Positions 16,321 to 22,262 of a stretch of DNA of 22,262 nt are shown in pieces. Positions within the stretch are counted from its first letter, which is position 1. Every line of letters begins with the position of its first letter. The notes under the pieces are model-generated. The model made no database searches. It saw nothing but the letters and a program-made list of their open reading frames with translations, and had not been told where the DNA came from. The stretch is from Verrucomicrobiales bacterium. Its GTDB lineage: Bacteria; Verrucomicrobiota; Verrucomicrobiia; Verrucomicrobiales; V1-33. The stretch spans positions 1-22,262 of the forward strand of contig JANOAV010000160.1 of assembly GCA_031411295.1 (NCBI GenBank), given 5' to 3'. A program made the translations under genes and the position numbers.

Positions 16321-18147
16321 ATGTCTCCTGCTGCTTTGCTTCTTTTCTTGCCGCTGCTTGCCGCTGCGGTCATCACGCTGTTTCTGAAACGTAACGCCAC
16401 CGTTAGTGCTTTGGTCTCCGTGGCCTCCGCGCTGGTCTGCTTGGCCATCAGCATTTCCCTGCTGGCTGGTGGCACGGATGCTCGGGAGGTGCTTTTCAAT
16501 TGGATTGACCTTGGCTCGTTTAAGTTGCCCATCGAATTGAAGATCGACCAACTCAGCAAATCGATGATGCTGGTGGTGACCGTGGTCGGCACCTTGGTCC
16601 ATATTTTCTCGTTGGGCTACATGAAAGATGACGCGGGCAAGGCGCGCTTCTTCGCTGGGTTGTCCCTCTTCATGTTCAGCATGACGGGCATTGTGCTGGC
16701 GAACAATTTGCCCATGATGTTCATTTTCTGGGAGTTGGTTGGCGTGAGTTCCTACGTTCTGATCGGCCACTGGTATGACAAAGCGAGTGCGGCTGACGCT
16801 GCGAAGAAGGCGTTTCTGACAAATCGGATTGGCGACTTCGGCTTCATGATCGGCATCCTGCTGCTGTGGTCCATCACCGGAGCTACTGACTTTGGCGGCA
16901 TCGAAGGGTGGTTCCAAATTCAGACTAATAAAGACCTGGTGGCTCCCGGTCTCCTAACTGCCGCCACGCTCTGCATCTTCTGCGGTGCGGTGGGTAAAAG
17001 CGCGCAATTTCCCCTCCACGTCTGGTTGCCCGACGCCATGGAAGGCCCGACTCCCGTTTCCGCATTAATTCACGCTGCCACCATGGTAGCCGCTGGCGTG
17101 TTCATGATGGTGCGGATGGATTTCTTGGTGCTGGCGTCAGTTGATGCAGCCACCGTGATTGCTTGGATCGGCGGCATCACAGCCCTGCTGGCTGCATTGA
17201 TGGCCACGCAGCAGAATGATATCAAACGGGTGCTGGCGTATTCCACCTTGTCCCAGTTGGGCTACATGGTCATGGCGGTGGGCCTGAACGCCGGCTTGGC
17301 GGGCTACTTCCACCTCTTCACGCACGCTGGTTTCAAGGCGCTTTTGTTTCTTGGTTCTGGTGCGGTCATCTACGCCTGCCACCACGAACAGGATATTTGG
17401 AAAATGGGCGGTTTGAAGGACAAGATGAAACTCACTACGCTGACCTTCGCCATCGGAACTGCGGCGTTGATCGCCATTCCCGGCACCTCTGGCTTCTTCT
17501 CCAAGGAGGGCATCTTGGATGCCGCCTTCGAGCACAATAAGGCATTGTTTGGCATTGCCGCCTTCGTGGCTTTCCTGACCAGTTTCTACATGACCCGGTT
17601 GTTCGTCGTCGCTTTTCTGGGTAAAGCCAGGGACCATGGGGCCGAGCACGCCCATGAAGCTCCGCTCGTCATGCTGGTCCCGCTGCTGATCTTGGCGGTG
17701 CCAAGTTTGCTGGCTGGTTACGGGTTCTTCAGCGGCAGCATTTTGCCGCAACCGGAACATGTGGGAGAACATCACGGACTGTTACAAATGATGCTCTCTC
17801 CAGTGGGGACCACCTCCTTGGTGGCGCTCATCGCAGGAGTGGGATTGGGCTTTGTGATGTATCGTGGCAAGAATCAGGACCCTTTGAAAATCAGCTTGTT
17901 TGCCAACAAATTCTACTTCGACGAACTCTATGCTAAGATCGTCAACGTGGCCCAAGATGGGCTCGCCAGCCTGGCAAATTTCTTCGACAAATGCTTCATC
18001 GACGGCTTGGCCGTGCGTGGCAGTGCGCTGACGGCTTCGGGCGCGGGGCAATTGTTCCGCCGCCTCCAAGTGGGGAACATTCAGGGCTACGCCTTCCTCT
18101 TCGGATTGGGCGTGTTGCTGCTGATCTTCCTGGCCATGATGGGCTAG
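16321..18147 (+). CDS. nuoL: NADH-quinone oxidoreductase subunit L
   Basis: FIFWELVG, KKAFLTNRIGD, GKSAQFPLHVWLPDAMEGPTPVSALIHAATMV, KRVLAYSTLSQLGYM and HLFTHAGFKALLFL. Confidence 0.98.
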   Translation: MSPAALLLFLPLLAAAVITLFLKRNATVSALVSVASALVCLAISISLLAGGTDAREVLFNWIDLGSFKLPIELKIDQLSKSMMLVVTVVGTLVHIFSLGYMKDDAGKARFFAGLSLFMFSMTGIVLANNLPMMFIFWELVGVSSYVLIGHWYDKASAADAAKKAFLTNRIGDFGFMIGILLLWSITGATDFGGIEGWFQIQTNKDLVAPGLLTAATLCIFCGAVGKSAQFPLHVWLPDAMEGPTPVSALIHAATMVAAGVFMMVRMDFLVLASVDAATVIAWIGGITALLAALMATQQNDIKRVLAYSTLSQLGYMVMAVGLNAGLAGYFHLFTHAGFKALLFLGSGAVIYACHHEQDIWKMGGLKDKMKLTTLTFAIGTAALIAIPGTSGFFSKEGILDAAFEHNKALFGIAAFVAFLTSFYMTRLFVVAFLGKARDHGAEHAHEAPLVMLVPLLILAVPSLLAGYGFFSGSILPQPEHVGEHHGLLQMMLSPVGTTSLVALIAGVGLGFVMYRGKNQDPLKISLFANKFYFDELYAKIVNVAQDGLASLANFFDKCFIDGLAVRGSALTASGAGQLFRRLQVGNIQGYAFLFGLGVLLLIFLAMMG

Positions 18148-18158
18148 GAATAGCCGGT

Positions 18159-19088
18159 TTACCGGCTCCATTCCAGCATGCGCAGGAGGGGCGCTTCGGC
18201 TCGGACGCGGAGTTCTTCGGGGAACTCTACCCTTGGGCTCAGGTCCTTGAGGCAGCGATACAGCTTCTCCAAGGTATTCATTTTCATATAGCGGCAGTCG
18301 GCGCAGGCGCAGTGGTCGGTGGGGCCGGGGATGAAGATTTTGTCAGGGATTTCCCGGCGGAGCCGGTGGAGCATCCCGCTTTCGGTCACGATGACGAAGG
18401 CTTTGGCGGGATTGGCCTTGCAGTAGGTGACCATTTTTTCCGTGCTGCAAACTTCATCGGCTAGCAGGCGGACGGCAAACGTGCATTCCGGGTGAGCCAC
18501 CACTGGGGCGTCCGGGTGCTCAGCGCGAATGCGTTCGATGCTCTCCCGAGTGAATTCGACGTGAACGTAACAAGCGCCCTGCCAGAGTTCCATTTTGCGG
18601 CCCGTTTGTTCCATGACCCACCCGCCGAGGTTGGCGTCCGGCACGAAGAGGATGTTCCGGTCTTTCGGGGCCTTTTCCACGATGGTCTTGGCGTTGCCAC
18701 TGGTGACAATGACATCGCTCAGGGCCTTCACGCCGCCGCTACAGTTGATGTAAGCGATAACGTAGTAATTCTTATCGGCGTGCTTTTTGAGGAAGGCCTC
18801 GAGCTGCGGTGCCGGGCAACTTTGCTCCAGGGAGCAGCCGGCGTCTTTGTCTGGGAGGACGACAATCTTGCTGGGGTTGACGATTTTGGCCGTCTCCGCC
18901 ATGAAATGCACCCCGCAGAAGACGATGACGTCGGCATTGGTTTCCTTGGCTTTGTAGGAGAGGCCCAGCGAGTCGCCCACGAAATCAGCCACGTCCTGGA
19001 TTTCCTTGATTTGATAATTGTGGGCCAGAATGATGGCGTTGCGTTCCTTTTTGAGGCGGAGAATTTCTTGCGAGAGATCGAGTGACAT
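18159..19088 (-). CDS. nadA: Quinolinate synthase A
   Basis: ILAHNYQ, DFVGDSLGLS, FCGVHFMAETAKI, AGCSL, YINCS, CYVH, AHPEC and CRYMKMNTL. Likely start is MSLDLS at 19088. Confidence 0.97.
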   Translation of the reverse strand: MSLDLSQEILRLKKERNAIILAHNYQIKEIQDVADFVGDSLGLSYKAKETNADVIVFCGVHFMAETAKIVNPSKIVVLPDKDAGCSLEQSCPAPQLEAFLKKHADKNYYVIAYINCSGGVKALSDVIVTSGNAKTIVEKAPKDRNILFVPDANLGGWVMEQTGRKMELWQGACYVHVEFTRESIERIRAEHPDAPVVAHPECTFAVRLLADEVCSTEKMVTYCKANPAKAFVIVTESGMLHRLRREIPDKIFIPGPTDHCACADCRYMKMNTLEKLYRCLKDLSPRVEFPEELRVRAEAPLLRMLEWSR

Positions 19089-19119
19089 GACGGGGGATGT
19101 TATAGGCTGAAATGATGCG

Positions 19120-19953
19120 TTAGGGGACGCCCAAGCCCCAGTGGAGCAGGGTTTTGGCTTCGGACCAGATGGTCTTGGAGGAACTGCCCAGCAGGACGAC
19201 GATGACGGTGCGGCCTTTGGTGGTGCCGGAGCAGATGAGGCACTTGCCGGCCGCATCGGTAAAGCCAGTTTTCATCCCATTGACGTAGGGATCCACGCCG
19301 AGGAGGTGATTGGTGCTGTGCAGTTTCACGGTGCGTCCATCTGGGTGGGTGAAGGTGCTTTCAGCCGTGCCGACGATTTCACGGATGACAGGTTGGCTAT
19401 AAGCCACGCGGGCGAGGAGGGCCATGTCCCGGGCGGTCGAATACTGCGGGGCCGGCAGCCCGTTGGCATTTTCGAAATGACTGTTGGTCATCCCCAGGGC
19501 GGCCGCTCTGCGGTTCATGAGTTGGGCGAAGGCGGCTTCGGTGCCAGCGTGATTCCGTGCCAGGCAACGCGCCGTATCGTTGGCGCTCTTCATGAGCAGC
19601 GCGCGCAGGAGATCCCGGCGGGGGTATTGCAGGTCCGGCTTGAGATACATTTTCGTAGGCTCGGCGGCGGCATCGTAATCCGAGGCGGTGGCGAGTCGAT
19701 CGAGGTTTCCAGCTTCGCAAATGAGCAGCGCGGTCAGCAGTTTTTGGGTGCTGGCGACTGCACGTTTCTCGTCGGGGTTCTTGGCGAGGAGCGCCTGACC
19801 CGTTAGGCCGTTGATGACCATGACGGCCTTGGCGGTTACCACCGGTGGGGCCTTGGCGGTGCTGCCCACGTCCCGGGCGGGCGCGATGGTTTCCGCCTGG
19901 GTTGGCAGGAGGGTGAGGCTGAGTAGGGGAAGGATCCAGAGCAGGCGTTTCAT
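19120..19953 (-). CDS. D-alanyl-D-alanine carboxypeptidase (peptidase S11)
   Basis: Signal peptide, SxxK (ASTQK), SxN (SAND), NANGL, STARD and KTG. Confidence 0.93.
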   Translation of the reverse strand: MKRLLWILPLLSLTLLPTQAETIAPARDVGSTAKAPPVVTAKAVMVINGLTGQALLAKNPDEKRAVASTQKLLTALLICEAGNLDRLATASDYDAAAEPTKMYLKPDLQYPRRDLLRALLMKSANDTARCLARNHAGTEAAFAQLMNRRAAALGMTNSHFENANGLPAPQYSTARDMALLARVAYSQPVIREIVGTAESTFTHPDGRTVKLHSTNHLLGVDPYVNGMKTGFTDAAGKCLICSGTTKGRTVIVVLLGSSSKTIWSEAKTLLHWGLGVP

Positions 19954-19958
19954 ACAGG

Positions 19959-20783
19959 CTACTTCGATTTAGTTTTCGGGGCCGATTTTGCTTTCGGTTT
20001 GGTGGGAGGCTCGGCGGGCTTTGGTTTTTCCTCAGGCTTGGGCTCGGGCGTGATCTCCGGTTCTTTAGCCGCTGGTTTTTCCTTGGGTTTGGGGGCCGGT
20101 GGGGTGTAAATGATGCCGGCGTCTGCGAATTGTTTATCCACCAATTCATCCGGCGGGCTGCCGAGGTCACGGGCGAAGAAATAATGGCGACGGGCGGACT
20201 CCAGTGCGGGGGGCTTTTGTTCCAGATAGAGCAGGGCCAGATTGAAATGCGCCTCGCTGTATTCGGAATTCAGATCGATGGCCTTTTGCAGTTCCTGCTC
20301 GGCGGCTCCCGTCCAGTTGACTTGCTTCAGCGCAATGGCGAGTGCGTTGTGCAACCGGGCATCGGATGGATCTTCGTGAATCGCGCGGGTGAGACAGGAA
20401 ATGCCTAACATGGGGTTCTTCTGGTCCATGTGGAGCAGGCCCAGCGTCATCCAAGTGGCGGGAAGGTTGGGACGCAGCGCCACGGCTCTCTCTAAATGAG
20501 CCCGCGCCTCGACTGGCTGGTCCAACTTGATTTCCACGCTGCCAAGATTGGCCAGCGCAGCGGCACTGTCTGGCTGAAGTTTCAGCAGGGCTTCCCAAGC
20601 GTCGGCGGCTTTCTGCCACTGATTAGCGCGCATGGCCTCGGTAGCTTGGCGCGCAAAGACGGTGGCTTGTTCCAACGGACGATTGATGGGTGGCAGTTCG
20701 CCCGGAGCCAAGGGGGTGGGGGCTTCTTGGGCCGGAACGGGCAGAAGCAGCAGGAAATTTAGGCTAAGGAGCAGGCGGGACAT
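19959..20783 (-). CDS. Secreted tetratricopeptide-repeat protein with a Pro/Lys/Glu-rich tail
   Basis: Signal-like MSRLLLSLNFLLLLPVPA, several TPR motifs (ALANLG, LHNALA, AHFNLALLY) and a low-complexity PKPKEKP tail. Confidence 0.88.
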   Translation of the reverse strand: MSRLLLSLNFLLLLPVPAQEAPTPLAPGELPPINRPLEQATVFARQATEAMRANQWQKAADAWEALLKLQPDSAAALANLGSVEIKLDQPVEARAHLERAVALRPNLPATWMTLGLLHMDQKNPMLGISCLTRAIHEDPSDARLHNALAIALKQVNWTGAAEQELQKAIDLNSEYSEAHFNLALLYLEQKPPALESARRHYFFARDLGSPPDELVDKQFADAGIIYTPPAPKPKEKPAAKEPEITPEPKPEEKPKPAEPPTKPKAKSAPKTKSK

Positions 20784-20998
20784 GGGACGGGGAGAAAGGG
20801 ATATGCCATGCATAAGCGCAATTTCCAACGGGGAAATGGAAATTTCTCTGCACGTGCGGTGGGAAATGTCGGTCGGGCTAAGTTTGTCACACAAGTGGCC
20901 GCCCGACCTGCGCCCTATCTGGACGGTTGGAACATTTCTGCTCTCTGCCCACCTGACCGCTTGCAAATCATTTACCCCTGCTATCTTCGCCCCCTCTT

Positions 20999-21403
20999 AT
21001 GGATATTCAAGTTGCTACTCTCTGTGATGCCGCCAACGACTACAACGGTAAGTTGTGTGTGCTTGGCACGTTCGACACCATCGGCTCCCGTCAATTGCCG
21101 GTGGTGCACCAAAACTGTGTGCTCGCCATGCGCATCTGCTTCCGCGCAGTGGACGAAGGCGAACACGATCTGGCCATTCGCATCATCGATGCTGATGGTG
21201 AAGACGTGATCAATCCGCTTCCGCCCGTGAAGTTCGAAATCCGTCTGCCCCAGGACGTTGATTTCGTGACCCGGAACATGATCATTCATTTCCAAGCGCT
21301 GCAATTCAGCAAAGCCGGCACCTTCAGTCTGGAGATTGCCGTGGATGACGACTCCCTCGTCTCCATTCCGCTGCGCGTCATCTACATGCCGCAGGAAGCG
21401 TAG
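20999..21403 (+). CDS. DUF6941-like beta-sandwich protein
   Basis: ATLCDAANDYNGKLCVLGTFDTI...FSKAGTFSLEIAVDD...SIPLRV. Confidence 0.8.
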   Translation: MDIQVATLCDAANDYNGKLCVLGTFDTIGSRQLPVVHQNCVLAMRICFRAVDEGEHDLAIRIIDADGEDVINPLPPVKFEIRLPQDVDFVTRNMIIHFQALQFSKAGTFSLEIAVDDDSLVSIPLRVIYMPQEA

Positions 21404-21438
21404 GCTCCGGTTTCATTTCTCCCCCCCAATTTTTTCCC

Positions 21439-21475
21439 ACTGCGCCTGCCCCCTCCGGTCAGGCGCAGTTTTTTT
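21439..21475 (+). terminator. Intrinsic terminator after the DUF6941-like gene
   Basis: 10-bp stem ACTGCGCCTG/CAGGCGCAGT running into a T7 tract. Confidence 0.85.
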
Positions 21476-21477
21476 GT

Positions 21478-21582
21478 GGATCTGAGCCCGCGGGCCCATA
21501 CGCGTCAACCTAAGGCTGTATTCCATATGAAATAACGGTTTGATGACCCGCAGGTGGCCGAATGCAGCATTGGGCACCGTTA
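21478..21582 (-). ncRNA. Candidate structured small RNA or leader (unassigned)
   Basis: Several nested helices (TAACGGT/ACCGTTA, GCC-AATG/CATT-GGC, ACC/GGT, TGGGCC/GGCTCA), with a TTGCCA-N17-TAAGGG promoter-like motif just upstream on the minus strand. Confidence 0.35.
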
Positions 21583-21662
21583 GCGCACCCTTAGTGGAAT
21601 GGGCCGGGGATGGCAAGGTTTCCGTGGGGCTTTCTTTAGTGAGGCCGATGCCATGCCGTTAT

Positions 21663-21794
21663 TTGAACAGAAGGAAACAGAGATAACGAAGCGCTCCCAT
21701 GTGAAACTCCAACTCACCCCCGGGAAGCAAGGGCAGAAGGTTCGGACTGGAGGCTATGGGGTATTTCTTCCAAATCTTCCTGACTTCTGTTCAA
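21663..21794. repeat. Non-coding inverted-repeat element with 9-nt periodic arms
   Basis: TTGAACAGAAG (21663-21673) and CTTCTGTTCAA (21784-21794) form a perfect 11-bp inverted repeat. Both arms continue inward as periodic GAAG / CTTC units. Confidence 0.65.
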
Positions 21795-21947
21795 TTTCCG
21801 ATGGAGCCGGATGGAGCTGGATGGATCATGGAATTGTCAGATTTTGGCCCCTGCTTCCAGCGCTGCGGCGGCCTTCGTTTCCTCCGAGTCCTGCCGTGCC
21901 AAATCCATCTCCAGTAGCCGATGGCGTTCGCGCGTGACTACTTAAAG

Positions 21948-22052
21948 CCACCGTAGTTCAGGGCTTCAGCCCGTCGAACCCTCCCCGTGAATCAGACGCC
22001 TGAATCCGCCGGGACAGGCCTGCGGGCTAAAGCCCAGGACTACTTAAAGGCC
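21948..22052 (+). repeat. REP doublet (REPIN-like), family A, copy 2
   Basis: GTAGTTCAGGGCTTCAGCCC ... GGGCTAAAGCCCAGGACTAC, homologous to 11699-11801 in inverted orientation. Confidence 0.9.
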
Positions 22053-22133
22053 TTGAGACGCGAGGGCGCGTCGGCCACCATTGATGCGCCATTTTTCACT
22101 TGGTGCCAGCGAGTTTCGCGTTAAGGCTGCGGC

Positions 22134-22262
22134 TTGCATTCATCACTACCCATACCCGATCCCTTTCTTTGGCGACGTCGTTTCGTCCTGCTCATCTACA
22201 ATAGCCTGCTGCCGCTGGCGTTGCTGTGGCTGCTGCCTAGTTCGCTGCTGAAGATGCGGAAA
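22134..22262 (+). CDS. Probable N-terminus of Kdo transferase (WaaA/KdtA), truncated by the window edge
   Basis: The frame from TTG 22134 reads ...RRFVLLIYNSLLPLALLWLLPSSLLKMR, resembling the N-terminal membrane anchor of WaaA. Only about 40 codons are visible and the start is uncertain. Confidence 0.5.
   Translation, partial: MHSSLPIPDPFLWRRRFVLLIYNSLLPLALLWLLPSSLLKMRK

Noticed and set aside
21525..21582. Hammerhead ribozyme or TPP riboswitch
   Set aside because: It has TTGATGA rather than CTGATGA, and no GAAA after stem II. The TPP CTGAGA motif is absent.
21599..21937. 112-aa ORF
   Set aside because: It is a translation across repeat elements with no protein-like features.
21917..21950. 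Fluoride riboswitch (GCCGATGGCGTTCGC)
   Set aside because: The downstream conserved pseudoknot segment is absent, no fluoride-related gene follows, and the sequence is part of a REP remnant.
1..22262. CRISPR array, tRNA or rRNA genes
   Set aside because: I saw no regularly spaced direct repeats, no cloverleaf with T-loop/CCA features and no rRNA signatures.

Overview
GC-rich bacterial chromosome segment, probably from a Verrucomicrobiota-like organism (inferred from the gene families, the scarcity of Shine-Dalgarno motifs and the repeat types). The core genes are a UvrD/Rep helicase, a partial complex I cluster (nuoH-I-J-K-L only), nadA, a D,D-carboxypeptidase, a TPR protein and probably the 5' end of waaA. 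The nuo cluster sits behind a perfect Rex-type operator. It is interrupted twice: by a four-helix-bundle (IVP/bAvd-like) gene bracketed exactly by a 31-bp inverted repeat, and by an antisense Uma2 endonuclease gene. The window also holds the right end of an IS4-family element abutting a REP palindrome, two families of GTAG...CTAC REP doublets (two of the copies supply stop codons to host genes), an empty inverted-repeat element with 9-nt periodic arms, and a 5'-truncated PIN toxin fragment missed by the ORF track and coupled to its partner gene. An orphan tail-fibre/collagen-like repeat protein and a candidate structured small RNA complete the list. All family calls come from motif recognition by eye; no searches were run.
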